Shown piece by piece: positions 26,815 to 39,659 of a stretch of DNA of 64,000 nt. This stretch comes from Mobula hypostoma (taxonomy: Eukaryota): assembly GCF_963921235.1 (NCBI RefSeq), contig NC_086108.1, positions 868,001-932,000 of the forward strand. Direction: 5' to 3'. The translations under genes were made by a program, and so were the position numbers. The first letter of the stretch is position 1. Each line of letters opens with the position of its first letter. The notes under the pieces were generated by a model. That model was not told the DNA's origin, did not search any database, and saw only the letters and a program-made list of their open reading frames with translations.

Positions 26815-27410
26815 AGTTTAAAAGCAAGGATGTAATGTTGAGACTTCATAAAGCACTGGTGAGACCTCACTTGGAGTATTGTGAGCGGTTGTGGGTCCCT
26901 TATCTAAAGAAGGATGTGCTGACATTGCAGAGGGCTTGAAGGAGGTTCACGAAAATGATTCCAGGATTGGAAGCTTATTATATGAAGAGTGTTCGGTGGC
27001 TCTGGGCCTTTACTCACTGGGTTTCAGAAGAATGAGGGGGGCGGGGACCTCATTGAATCCTATCGAATGTTGAAAGGCCTCAACAGAGTGGATGTGGACA
27101 GGATGTTTCCTATGGTGGGAGAGTCTAAGACCGGAAGACACACCCTCTGAATAGCGGGGCGTCCTTTTAGAATGGCGATGAGTATTTTCTTTAGCCAGAG
27201 AGTGGTGAATCTGTGGAATTTGTTGCCTCAGGTGGCTGTGGAGGCCAAGTTACTGGGTATATTTAAGGCTCTTGATTAATCAGGGTGTGAAGGGATATGG
27301 GGAGAAGGCAGGAGATTGGTTCTGAAAGGGAAAATGGATCAGCCATGATGAAATGGTTTGATGGGCCAAATGGCCTAATTCTGCTCCTATATGTTATAGT
27401 CTTATTGTCT
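26815..27410 (+). mobile_element. CR1 LINE 3' fragment
   Basis: GCACTGGTGAGACCTCACTTGGAGTATTGTG (LVRPHLEYC) through to the 3' UTR GGCCAAATGGCCTAATTCTGCTCCTAT. Confidence 0.85.
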
Positions 27411-27786
27411 TAGATCATTAGTATGTTGTGTGCTGTATCATATGACATGGCAATCATGGTCGCCCACTAGCAATTCTATAATTTCCTTATCAACATTACC
27501 ATTATCAAGTTATGCAGTATTGGAAGTACATTCCTGTTTCTTTATTTTTGGTGGTCTTAACTGTGGATGGAGTCTGGCCAGGAGTTGTAAGGCACTCCTT
27601 CGCTCTGCTAGCCTGCCGGTTACCCTTGGGCAAGGTGTATTCCTGCCAGCCCATTCTGTGCACTGAAGGGAATTCTGCAGTCTGCTCTGTGAGGACTGAT
27701 TCTTGTATATGTGATTTAGGCCATCACTGTCCGATTCACTTTTGGCTTTCAGCCTCACTGAATATTGGCTTACTTCATTTTCCTAG

Positions 27787-27888
27787 GATGCCGTGGCAGG
27801 GCGATACAAACAACATGATCGATCGATTTGATGTCCGTGCTCATCTGGATTATATTCCCGAGTATACTCCACCTTTCCTAAGTGCTCT
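27787..27888 (+). CDS. CLASRP: CLASRP coding exon 3 (MPWQGDTNNMIDRFDVRAHLDYIPEYTPPFLSA), SWAP N-terminal-like IDRFDVR motif
   Basis: CCTAG acceptor, GTGAGT donor, 102 nt, phase 2 to phase 2. Confidence 0.97.
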
Positions 27889-27964
27889 GTGAGTATCCTC
27901 CATAAATGATAGCAATGGGTTGTGGCTGATGACAGGGTGGGAGTTGCAGGTCATCCTCCATTCC

Positions 27965-28345
27965 TATTGCCTGTTATGCCGCTGGTGTCTGGGGCAGCAG
28001 TGAAGGTCCTCCTTCTCTAGTGGTGTTCACCGTGCCAGTAACTTTCACAACTCTCAGTCATACAAGTCCCATGTGGAGACTCAGCAATACCATCGCACTG
28101 CGATGTAGAAAGATTCTTCATTGCTGCTTCCGTAACGGTTTTGTTTTACCAGTCAGGATTGTTAGTCCTGAGCTGAAGGACTGGTGGATCACTCTTTGTT
28201 TGGCCTCTACCTTTCGACCTGTTTGGCATGGGTGACCCAAAGCACAAAACCCTGACTCCAGCCAACGTAGCTGTCTGGATCATAGAGGCATGTAAGCCTC
28301 TAAACCCTACAACAAGGCTGCAGTCCTCTTGGAGGATTGTCCTCC
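27965..28345 (-). mobile_element. Short RTE-derived non-autonomous element; second copy at 42646-42877 plus 44952-45182
   Basis: Two colinear copies share GATTCTTCATTGCTG, GGCATGGGTGACCC and CCTGACTCCAGCCAACGTAGCTG. The second copy has a (GTT)n(GTA)n tail. Assignment to RTE is by resemblance. Confidence 0.6.
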
Positions 28346-28399
28346 GTAACCGATAGCAATGGATAGTGACTGATGGTAGTGTGGGGTTTTCTCCCAAGT

Positions 28400-30355
28400 C
28401 AAAGTCCGAAGTTCAGAATTTGAGAAGGAGAATCTAAATTCAGATGTATCAGTGTAGTAAAGGGAATTACAGAGGCATGAGAGAGGAGGTGGCCAGAATT
28501 GATTGGAAAAGAACACTGGCAGGGATGATGGCAGAGCAGCAATGCTGGAATTTCTGGATGCAATTCAGAAGGCACAGGATATATACATCCTAAAGGAAGA
28601 AGTATTCTAAAGGCAAGATGACACAACCATGGCTAGCAAAGGAAGTTAAAATCAACATAAACGCCATAGAGACGTAATATAATAGAGCAAAAATTAGTGG
28701 GAAGTTAGAGGATTGGGAAGTTTTTAAATACCAGCAGAAGGCAACTAAAAAAGTCATTAAGAAGGTAAAGATGTAATATGAAAGTAAGCTAGCTAATAAT
28801 ATTATAGAGGATACCAAAAGTTTCTTCAGATACATAATGTGTAAAACAGAGGCGAGAGCCGATATTGGACCACTGGAAAACGATGCTGGAGAGGTGGTAA
28901 TGGGGAACAAGGAAATGACAGACAGACTGAATAAGTATTTTGCATCATTCTTCACAGTGGAAGACACTAGCAGTATGGTGGAAGTTCCAGGTGTCATGGG
29001 TCATGAAGTGTATGACATTACCATTACTAGAGAGAAGGTTCTTGGGAAACTGAAGGTAGACAAGTCACCTGAACCAGAGCCTTTTCTGGTTGGCTGCCAG
29101 TGACTAGTGGTGTTCCATAGGGGTGTCTGTTGGAATCAATTTTTTTTTACATTATATGTCAGTGATTTAGATAATGGATGTTTCCTGTGTTTGGAGAGTA
29201 AGACCAGAAGACACAGACTCGGAGTAGCGGGACGTCCTTTTAGAATGGAGATGAGGAGGAACTTCTTTTGCTAGAGAGTGATGAATCCGGAAATCATTGA
29301 CACAGGTGGCTGTGGAAGCCAAGTCTTTATGCATATTTAAGGCAGAAGTTGATAGATTTTTGATTGGTCAGGGCATGAAGGGATGCAGGAGGAAGGCAAG
29401 AGATTGGGGCTAAGATAGAAAATGGATCAGCCATGATGAAATGGCAGAGCAGACTCGATGGGCTAAATGGCTCCTATATCTTATGGTAAATTTATGATCA
29501 AAGTACATAGCAGAAGGACTTGAGACAGATTAGGAGAATGGGCAAGAAAGTGGCAAGATAAATACAATATTGGAAAATACATGATCATGCACTTTGGTAG
29601 TAGCAATAAATGCAGGGACTATTTTCTAAATGGGGAGAAAATCCAGGAATCTGAGATGCTTTGGGAGTCCTTGTGCAGAACACCCTGAAGGTTAACTTGC
29701 GGGTTGAGTCAGTGGTGAGGAAGGCAAATGCAATGTTAGCATTCATTTCAAGAGGTCTAGAATACAAGAGCAAGGATGTGATGCTGAGGCTTTATAAGGC
29801 ACTGGTGAGGCCTCATCTTGAGTATTGTGAACAGTTTTGCGCCCCTCATCTTAGAAAAGATGTGCTGACATTGGAGAGGGTTCAGAGGAGTTTCACGAGG
29901 ATGTTTCCAGGAATGAAAGGGTCATCATACGAGGAACGTTTGATGGCTCTGGGTCTGTACTCGTTGGAAATCAGAAGGATGGCGGGGGGGAATCTCATTG
30001 AAACCTTTCGAATGTTGAAAGGCCTAGACAGAGAAGATGTGGAAAGTATGTTTCCCATGGTGGGAGAGTCCAGGACAAGAGGGCACAGCCTCAGGATAGA
30101 GAGGCACCCTTTTAAAACAGAGATGCAGAGAAATTTCTGGTGGTGAATTTGTTGCCACGTGCAGCTGTGGAGGCCAGGTCATCGGGTGTATCTTAAGGCA
30201 GAGATTGATAGGTTCTTGATTGGACATGGCATCAGATGTTATGGGGAGAAGGTTGGGAACTGAGGCTGAGGAGAAGATAAAAAAAAAGGATCAGCCATGA
30301 TTGAATGGCAGAGCAGACTCGGGCCAGATGGCCTAATTCTGCTCCTATGTCTTAT
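28400..30355 (+). mobile_element. Cluster of CR1 ORF2 fragments
   Basis: IGPLENDAGEVVMGNKEM...LNKYFASFFTVED...DKSP and LYKALVRPHLEYCEQF...ERVQRSFTRMFPG, with two 3' UTR tails (about 29485 and 30355). Confidence 0.85.
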
Positions 30356-30458
30356 ATACAACCAAACAGCCAATGTGCAAAGAAGACAAACTGGGCAAAT
30401 AAAAATAAACAAATAAATCAGTACTATTAAGGATGTGAGTTGTTGAGTCCTTAAAAGT

Positions 30459-30790
30459 GATGGTTGAGGGGTAATAACTGTTCCTGAACCTGGTGGTGTG
30501 GGACCTGAGGCTCATTGTGGTGAGTGAAGTTATCCACACTGGTTCAGGAGCTTGATGGTTGTGGGGTAATAACTGTTCCTGAACCTGGTGGTGTGGGACC
30601 TGAGGCTCATTGTGATGAGTGAAGTTATCCACACTGGTTTAGGAGCCTGATGGTTGTGGGGTAATAACTGTTCCTGAACCTGGTGGTGTGGGACCTGAGG
30701 CTCATTGTGGTGAGTGAAGTTATCCACACTGGTTCAGGAGCCTGCTGGTTGTCGGGTTCCTGATCCTGATGGCGTCGGACCTAAGGCTCA
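30459..30790. repeat. 95 bp tandem repeat (about 3.4 copies) of a Rex-like LINE segment
   Basis: TTCCTGAACCTGGTGGTGTGGGACC at 30481, 30576 and 30671. Confidence 0.9.
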
Positions 30791-30894
30791 CGTATCTCCT
30801 GCCTGAGAGCATGGATTTGATGATGGGGAGGTCCTTAATGATGGATGCTGCTTTCTTGCAGCAGTGCTCCTTGTAGATGTGCTGAATGTCCACA

Positions 30895-31580
30895 ACTGCA
30901 TAAGCAGTTTCAAGTTCCTGGGTGTCAAGATCTCTGAGGATCTAACCTGGTCCCAACATATTAATGTAGTTACAAAGAAGGCAAGACAGCGGCTATACTC
31001 TATTAGGAGTTTGAAGAGATTTGGCATGTCAACAAATACACTCAAAAGCTTCTTTGGATGTACCATGGAGAACATTCTGACAGGCTGCATCACTGTCTGG
31101 TATGGAGGGGCTACTGCACAGGCCCGAAAGAAGCTGGAGAGGGTTGTAAATATAGTCAGCTTCATCTTGGGCACTAGCCTACAAGGTACCCAGGACATCT
31201 TCAAGGGGTAGTGTCTCAGAAAGGCAGTGTCCATTATTAAGGACCTCCAGCACCCAGGTCATGCCCTTTTCTCACTGTTACCATCAGGTAGGAGATACAG
31301 AAGCCTGAAGGCACACTCTCAGCGATTCAGGAACAGCTTCTTCCCCTCTGCCATCCGATTCCTAAATGGACACTGAACCCTTGAACACTACCTCACTTTT
31401 TTTATTATATAGTATTTCTGTTTTTTTGCACTATTTTTAATCTATTCAATATACGTATACTGTATAAAGTATATGAAATAATGTTTGCTTATTATTTTTT
31501 TCTTCTATTTTATGTGTTGCATTGAAGTAAGTTAACAAATTTCACATCACCTGCTGGTGATAAACCTGATTCTGATTCTG
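30895..31580 (+). mobile_element. Rex/Babar-like LINE 3' fragment
   Basis: SSFKFLGVKISEDLTWSQHINVVTKKARQRLYSIRSLKRFGMST, ending in a CTGATTCTGATTCTG tail. Confidence 0.85.
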
Positions 31581-32592
31581 AAGTGTGGGCAATGTAAAAT
31601 TTAAGAGGGAGTTGAGCCGAAATAGCTTCCTTCTGTTATATTAGGAAATAAAGAAAAATAGAAAGGCTACAAACCAAGAACTCCAAGGTAACATTAAAAG
31701 TACATCACAAAAACACACCTTTTGGCCCATCTCAACCATTTAAATTGCCTACCCCCATTGACCTGAACTGCACCTATATCCCTCCTTACCCCATCTGCAC
31801 AAGCACCTCTATGCACAGTTATAATGAAACGGCCCTCTTGCAGCAGCATTACAGATGCATAGTATTATATAAACAGCATTCACATGAAAAACATAAACAA
31901 CGTGTTTTTTACAAAAATAATGCAATTAGAATTTTGAAAAAGCACCGTCAATTTTAGTGATCAAGGTGTTCAAAGCATCTTGCTAATTTTTCGTGATTCG
32001 GGTTCGGTCCTGATGAAGGGTCTCGGCCCAAAACATTGACTCTTTATTCCCCTCCAGAGACTCTGCCTGACCTGGTGAGTTCCTCCAACATTTTCTGTAT
32101 GTTGCCCAAGTTTTCCAGCGTCTGCAGAATCCCTTGCGTTGTGGGTAGAGTTGTGCTGGCTGGTTCAAGAATTGTATTGTTGAAGAGAAGCTCTTGAACC
32201 TGGTGGTGTGGAACTTCAAGCTTCTATCCCTTCTGCCTGATTGTATCTGCGAAAAGGTGGCATGGATGGAACAGTGGGGATTTTTGATGATAGACGTTGC
32301 CTCCTGAGCTACTACCAGTGATAGGGAGGGATGTGCCTGTGGTGCTTCTACTCCCCTCTGCAACTTTTTACATTCTTGAGCTTTTGAATTGCCATTGCGA
32401 ACAGTCAGGCAAAAACACAGGCTATAAAACACAAAAACAAAGGAGTGCATATTCTGTTCAGCTCAGTGCTCAATATCTGCAGGCTGCCCCAATTCAAAGT
32501 CACCCAAAAATAGCACCAGAAAAAGGAGCGACCAGAAAGTATCTCATCATCTGAATTACAATCCAAGCCACAAACCTCGTTGATAAAACCTT

Positions 32593-32736
32593 AACACGAG
32601 AAAATCGGCAGATGCTGGAAATTCAGGTAACACACACAAAATGCTGGTGGAACGCAGCAGGCCAGGCAGCATCTCTAGGAAGAAGTACAGTCGGCATTTT
32701 GGGCTGAGACCCACCAGCATTTTGTGTGGGTGTTGC
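32593..32736 (-). mobile_element. Short Penelope terminal-repeat insertion with 13 bp TSD
   Basis: TTGATAAAACCTT flanks both sides (32580-32592 and 32737-32749). The insert is the reverse complement of the Penelope 3' end plus a short inverted arm. Confidence 0.8.
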
Positions 32737-33689
32737 TTGATAAAACCTTGCCTCGGCACCATCCTCTGACAGCATCGAAGGGGAGAGAGAGGTCATTCAA
32801 GTGAAGGGACAGTCCTTCAGGAACAGCAAGTGAGGGGGGAGAGAGAGAGAGAGGGAGAGACCATCACATGCAAACGCCTTCTCTGGCAGCAGCGAGCAAG
32901 AGGCGATGGCACTGAACACTTGCTCGCCTTCTGCAGTCGCCCTGGTGTTTTCAATCTTCCTCGCCGCATTAATCGGTAAGAAATGGAGTCAAACATGGGC
33001 TTGTGCCCGGCTTGCAAGCTTCTCGGCTTTTAGAAGGCCACTTGTCTCCTGGCACCCACTTGGAGACAGCAAAGCGCTAGATCATTCAATTGGCCCCAAA
33101 AAAAAACACCATCAGACTGTAGATCACAGGCTCCAACAGTTCCAGAGCCACATTTGAAAGAAAAAGAAGTGAAAGAAGCAGTTTCTTGGGCCATCTTGAA
33201 GATGTTGATCATGTTACATTGTTCACTAGTGCCATCCCAGGCATTTAAAGCTACTGACCATCTCCACTAATGTGGACTATGCACATTCACGATCCCTCTG
33301 CAGTGGTTTGCTACACAAATACAGTGGCTGGATAGGTCCCAAAAGTGGATGAAGCTGAGCTGATTTTAGTTTCCTGAAGTCGACAGAAGAGCTGCAGTAT
33401 TATCATCAGAGGGTGGAAGGCTGGGAGATGTTGAGTCAGATGCTGTGCCTCCAGCTGGAAAGTGAATGTGTGATGGAGGACAGTCTGCGTGAATATCAGT
33501 GCTGAAAGGGAGCTGTTTGCAGTGACCCAGTTGCCTTGACTGATGACACTTCATTGAAGTGGAGTTCAGTAGCTTGGGGAAGAGGGCTTCTTATTGTGAT
33601 GGAACAGTTCCAAGAGACTGACTTCAAGAATAGCAGGAGAAGAGTGTGGGATCGAGGGCTTTGTATATCTGTATACAAAAGAGGAATGC

Positions 33690-34345
33690 AGTAGAACAGA
33701 GGTATTATAGAAACAGATCTATAATCCCTTGAAAGGACTGTCATTGATATATAGGGTCATAAAGAAGTTTTCGGCACATGGGCCTTTGTATTGAGAAGAG
33801 AAGTTGGATGTAATGTTGAAGTTATATAAAATGTTGGTGAGGCCAGATTTGGATCGTGCATATCTGCTCGCCTACCTACAAGAAAGATATCAATAAGGTT
33901 GAAAGAATACAGAGGAAATTTACAAGGATGTTGCTGGGCCTTGAAGACCTCAGTTATAGGGAAAGGGTGAAGTGGTTAGGACTTTATTTCCTGGAGCATA
34001 GGAGAATGAGGGGATACTTGATAGAGGTATACAAAATTATGAGCAGTACAGATGGGGTAGAAGAAAACGCAAGCAGGCTTTTTCCATGAAAGTTGGGTGA
34101 GACTAGAACTAGAGGTCGCAGGATAAGGGTGAAAGGCGAAATATTTAAGAGTAACCTGAGGGAGAACTTAGAGAGTGGTGGTGGACACAGGTTCAATTTC
34201 AATCTTCAACAGAAATTTGGTTAAGTATAAAGATGCAAAGGTTATGGAGGGCAATGGTCCATGTGCGGGTTGATGGGACTAGACGATGTAATAGATCAGC
34301 ATGGACTAGATGGGCTAAAGGGTCTGTTTCTGTGCTGTAGTGCTC
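33690..34345 (+). mobile_element. CR1 LINE 3' fragment
   Basis: SPTYKKDINKVERIQRKFTRMLLGLEDLSYRER. Confidence 0.8.
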
Positions 34346-35383
34346 TGCGTTTACAGAACCCATCTCAGGCCATCTGTATCAGTTCAGAGCTATTCCACTA
34401 ATTTCCCCTGTAACCTTAAAAGATTAAATATTGGCTTTAATTGTCTCACGTACATCGAAACATTAATAGTAAAGTGTGTCTTTTACGACAACAGCCAACA
34501 CAGTCACAGGATTGTGCCTACCATTAACTGAGGAGTCTGTGGACCCCAGGTTGGGAACCCCTGCTTTAGAGAAAACACAAACATCCTGCTCACTAAAAAT
34601 GACCTTGTCGGAAAGCGCTGCTTATTCAACAGGGTGAGACCTCGTCTTCTGTGGAGTGACAAGATGCGCAGCACATCGAGAAGTGCCATTTGCACAACAC
34701 AGAGATGCAGAGAAGCACACACAAAATGCTAGGGTAACTCAACAGGTCAGACAGCTTGTATGGATAGAAATAGTCGACATTTCAGGCCGAGAGTTTGAGG
34801 GTGCAAACATAATGAATCCAGGAGATATCTAAGCAACACACACCAAATGTTGGAGGGTTCAGCAGGTAAGGCAGCATCTATGAAGGGGAATAAACAGTGG
34901 ATGTTTTGGGTTAAGACCCTTCATCAGGACAATTTCTAAAATTGGCAGCAGATAAGTATTTTAAGGAATTATCTTCTGAAGAAATGGATGATTTTATCTG
35001 AAGGAACTTGGAGATATTTCAAGCACTAGTTTTTAATCTTTAAATAGAAATTATTCACCAAATATAACAAGGTAAACATTTATACATATTCAAGGTGTGA
35101 AAGCAAATAGCATCTAGCAGTTCAGCCAGTAATTTGTACGAGTTTATTTGTAGAGTTGTAAAGGCAAATAAAGCTATTAATGAACAAACGTGTTGAAATT
35201 TTTGGCACATTCGGCCTACTGTGTCTGGGCCAGCTGAAGGAAAGCAATCCAGCTGAATTCCACCTTCCAGGTCAACAGTCTTGTTGGCTCCTGTGACTCC
35301 AATTGATGCAAATACCTTCCAGAATTTCAGTCTGCATTTCCTTATTTAGAACATGCAACCAACCTTTATTTTCCTGTTTCCAG

Positions 35384-35463
35384 CTCTCCAGAACATGACA
35401 ATGATGAACGGAAATGTAATTATGAGCGATACCGAGGTTTGGTTCAGAACGATTTTGCAGGCA
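35384..35463 (+). CDS. CLASRP: CLASRP coding exon 4 (SPEHDNDERKCNYERYRGLVQNDFAG)
   Basis: Polypyrimidine tract plus CAG acceptor, GTAAGT donor, 80 nt, frame-compatible; carries the conserved CNYERY motif. Confidence 0.97.
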
Positions 35464-35799
35464 GTAAGTGTTGAAGCATCTGACTCACTAGTTTTTCGTT
35501 GAATTCTTAATAGATTTTTTCTTCCCCAATAACTCAGTGAGTTGATTGCATTTGATCTAACAAGAACTTGACCTGTTTCACATAGTTTACTCCCTTTGTA
35601 AATCGTCCTTCCTGCACCTTTTCCACTTCGTCATGTGTACTTAATTCAGCAATTGGCTGACTCTGTGGGAGAGGAAGAGTGAAAATCGGGAGAAAAGCAC
35701 TCTGCTGCTATACTGATGAGTAATTTGTGCTTGCAACATTTTTGTGAAGGCAGTGATCTCTCTTGTTTTGAGTTCCTGGCTTTTAATTTTAGAAACTAG

Positions 35800-36880
35800 A
35801 CCATAAGACATTTGGCCTATCGAGTGTCTCTGCTATTTCATTACGGCTGATCCATTTCCTTCTTAACTCATTCTTCTGCCTTCTCCCCATAACCTTTCGC
35901 TCCTTGACTAATCAAGAACATTTCAACTTCCGCTTTAAATACACCCAGTGACTTGGTGTCCACAGCCACCAATGGCAATGAATTCCACAGATTCACCACC
36001 CTCTGGCTAAAGAAATTCCTCCTTATCTCTGTTCTGAATGGATGTTCTTCTATTTTTTGGCTGTGCCCTTTGGTCCTAGACTCCCCACCAAAGGAAACAC
36101 TGTCTTCACATCCACTCTTATCTAGGCCTTTCAAAATAAGGTAGATTTCAATGAGGTTCCCCTTCATTCTTCTCAATTCCAGCGAGTAAAGACCCAGAGC
36201 CTCCAATCACTGCTCATATGATAAGCCTTTCATTCCTGGAATCATACTCGTGAACCTTCTCCAATGTCAGCATATCCTTTCAAAACTGCTTACAATACTC
36301 CAAGTAAGGCTTCACCAATGACTCAGCATTACATCTTTGCTTTAATATTCTAGTCTTCTCGAAATGAATGCAACATTGCATTCACCTTCCTCACCACTGA
36401 TCCTACCTGCAAATGAAATTTTAGGAAATCCTGCACAAGGACTCCAGAATCCCTTTGCACTCGGAGTTTTGATTTTTCTTCCTGTTTAGAAAGTGGTCTG
36501 TGCTTTTATTCCTTCTACCAAAGTGCCATTTGATTAAAGAGCACAGTAGATGCTCTTCGGTCCACAATGTTGTGCTGAACTTCTAACCTACTCTTAAGAT
36601 CAATCTAACTCTTCCCTTCTACATAGCCCTCCATTTTTCTACCATTCATGTGTCTATCCAAGAATTTCTTAAATGTCCCTAATGTATCTGACTCTACCAG
36701 CAGCCCCGGCACTGCATTTCACCATTCTGTGTGGGGGGAAAAGAAACTTAACCTTTGACAACTGTTATACTTCTCTCCAGTCACCTTAAAATGAAGCCCC
36801 AATGTATTAGCGATTTCCACCCTGGGAAAAAATCTCTGGCTGTCCACTTTATGTATGCCTGTTATCTTGTACGCCTCTTT
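35800..36880 (-). mobile_element. Two CR1 3' fragments
   Basis: LGLYSLELRRMKGNLIEIY...RRNFFSQRVVNLWNSLP on the minus strand. Confidence 0.8.
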
Positions 36881-36919
36881 TGTTTAGAGCAGTCACCTGG
36901 CTGATCTTTATTACCTCAG

Positions 36920-37148
36920 TGGGACAACACAGTAACGTAGTGGTTAGCACAATGCTTTACAGTACCAGCGACTGGGGTCCAATTCCTACCACTGCCTGTA
37001 CGTTTTCTCTGCAACCGTGGGTTCTTCCCACAGATTGTTAGGTTAGTTGGTCATCATAAGTTGTCCCGTGATTAGGCTAGAGTTAAGTCGGGGATTGGTG
37101 TGTGGCGTGGCCAGAAGGGCCTATTCCGCACTGTATCTCAATAATAGT
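36920..37148 (+). mobile_element. tRNA-derived V-domain SINE (HE1-like), degenerate
   Basis: Box A-like TAACGTAGTGG, box B-like GGTCCAATTCC, a V-domain remnant (ACCGTGGGTTCTTCCCAC) and a CR1-like tail. Colinear with the SINE at 40133-40395. Confidence 0.65.
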
Positions 37149-37287
37149 AATAATAACCTCCAGCCGCATGGTGAGATGTAGCCAGAGGTGATAAAGATTA
37201 GCCTGGTGAAGTCACCTGTGGGCCCAGTGAGTTATCTTCTGTGTGGCCACCAGCCTCCCGCCACTCACTTTTCCCTTTGCATTCCAG

Positions 37288-37372
37288 TTGCTGAGGAGCA
37301 GTGCCTGTACCAGATCTACATCGACGAGCTGTACGGAGGCATGCAGAAGCCTAACGAAGATGAGAAGAAGAA
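37288..37372 (+). CDS. CLASRP: CLASRP coding exon 5 (AEEQCLYQIYIDELYGGMQKPNEDEKK)
   Basis: TTCCAG acceptor, GTATGT donor, 85 nt, frame-compatible. Confidence 0.97.
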
Positions 37373-38814
37373 GTATGTGCAGGGTCCAGGGGGAGGGAGG
37401 GTAGAAAAATGGAATGCAAAACAACTATGCATTGTCTTTTTTTTTTGTTGTTCCCTGGTCCCCTCTGGTACCATAGTGGCAAGGTGGGCCAGATTTGTGC
37501 TGAGTGTGTCCTTGATACCCTTTGTGAATAGGGGCTGGAGGGGTGGGTGGGTGGGAGGGTGAGGGGAAATGGTGTGCGCTGCTTCTACCTCTGTTATCTG
37601 CTGAGGGTTGTCAGAGTGCCCGGCTGTTACCCCCATCCCACCCCACCCCACAGTAATAGCTTGTGGTCACTCCTTGTTGCAAGTGTCAGCCCCTGTAAGG
37701 CTGAGTCGTCAACAGAGGAAGTGTTTAAAAATTGGGAAAGAAAATATTCAAAAAGTTCAAAATAAATTTATTATCAATATGTATATGTCACCATATGTTA
37801 CCCTGAGATTAATTTTCTTGCATGCATTCATTGTAGCTATATTGGTAAGAATTCCGTGATGTTGATAATTAATTTCTGTCTAATTCTGAGCTTGGCAACA
37901 TTTTTTGCCAATGTGGTGATCCGTTTTCATTTTGAGTTCCTGGCCCCTCATTACATTGACAATAAGACCTTGAAATCATTAGAATAGGAACAAATTAGGC
38001 CATTCAGCCCATCTAGTCTGTTTCATCATTCTGTCATGCTGATTTATTATCTCTCTCAACACCACTCCTGCCTTCTTCTCATAACCTTTGATGCCCTTAC
38101 TAATAAAGAATCTGTCAACTTCCTCTTTAAATATACCTAATGACTTGGCCTGCACAGCAGTCTGTAGCGAGAAATTACACCCATTCACCATCCTCTGGCT
38201 AAAGAGTTTCTTCCCCATCTGATTTGTAAGGTTGATCTTTTGTTCTGAGGCTGTGCCCTCTGGTCCTGGACTCTCCTACCATAGGAGATGTCTACTCTAT
38301 CTAGGCCTTTCAGTATTCCATAGGTTTCAGTGAGATTCAGCCCCCATTCTAAATTCCAGTGTCTGGAGGCCTAGTGTGTATTGCTCCTGTTAGGGTAGAC
38401 TCCGTAACAAAATAATCCGCCCTGTCCCCTTAAGGTCACACAATTCTAGAGAATGATACCTTTCTGCATCATGGCTTATGTTGAATTGAATCGTCCAGGA
38501 TTATAAAGTCTTTCAGTCTTCCAGCTGAAGTGAAATCTGCAAACCTTAAATCATTCACTAAAGACAGCTGTTGAAAGTTCAGATTTTAAGAAATCTTCCA
38601 TTTATGTATTTTCATATTTCATCTCTTAGAAATTCTGCAATTACATTCAATGTTTTCGAAACGGCTTCTCCCCCTTCGCATTCAGATTTCTGAAGGATCC
38701 ATGAACATTATTGCATTATTTTCCTCTCTTTTTGCACTACTTACAGTATACGTATAGTTCTTAATGTAGCTTGTAGTAGTATTTTTTTTCAGAATCAAGT
38801 TTATTATCACTGAG

Positions 38815-39540
38815 CAACACACTCAAAATGCTGGAGGAACTCAGCAGGCCAGGCAGCATCTCTGAAAAAGAGTACAGTCGTCATTTCGGGCTGAGACCCT
38901 TCAGCAGGTCTGGAGAAAAAAGGCTGAGGAGTAGATTTAAAAGGTGGGGAGGGGGAGAAAACACAAGGTGACAGTTGAAACCTGAAAGGGGGGGAATGAA
39001 GTAAAGAGTTGGGAATTGATTGGTGAAAGAGATACAGGGCTAGAGAAGGGAGAGTCTGATAGAAGAGGACAGAAGGCCATGCAAGAAAGAAAAGGGGGGA
39101 GAATCACTAGAGGGAGGTGATGGGTGAGCAAGGAGATAAGGTAGGAGAGGGAAAAGGGGAGGGGAAATAGTGCAGGGGTGGTGGTGGTGGAAGTTCGAGG
39201 AATCAGTGTTCATGCCATCAGGTTGGAGGCTACCCGGATGGAATATAAGGTGGTGTTCTTCCAACATAAGTGTGGCCTCATCAAGACAGTGGAGGAAGCC
39301 ATGGACAGCCATATCATAATGGGATACGAAATCAAAAAGGGTGGCCACTGGGAAATCCCGCTTTTTTTGGTGGACAGTGAGCAGGTGTTTGGCGGTTTTC
39401 TCCGGTCCTACCGGAGGATCTCGGCCTGAAATGTCGACTGTACTCTTTTCCATAGGTGCTGCCAGGCCTGCTGAGTTCCTCCAGCATTTTGTGCCTGTTG
39501 CTTAGATTTGCAGCATCTAGATTTTCTCTTGTTTACGATT
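38815..39540 (-). mobile_element. 5'-truncated Penelope element with an inverted terminal repeat
   Basis: Minus-strand ORF ...LEEHHLIFHPGSLQPDGMNTDSSNF matches the C-terminus of the 45931-47436 ORF. Terminal-repeat arms are in opposite orientation at 38815-38911 and 39420-39535. Confidence 0.85.
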
Positions 39541-39659
39541 AGATTATTATCACTGACCTATATTGTGAAATTTATTGTTTTGTGGCAGCATTATGGTGCT
39601 TTACATAAAATGCATTATAATATACTGTCTTATTATAGTATGCAGCTTATATATTTACA

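Noticed and set aside
30864..31211. ALKBH8-like gene (DUF1891 region)
   Set aside because: This peptide is the post-RT region of Rex/Babar-type LINEs and recurs many times in the window in degenerate form.
37188..37562. Single-exon ORFs overlapping CLASRP exons (also 27512-27892)
   Set aside because: Only the splice-bounded portions match CLASRP; the rest is intronic read-through.
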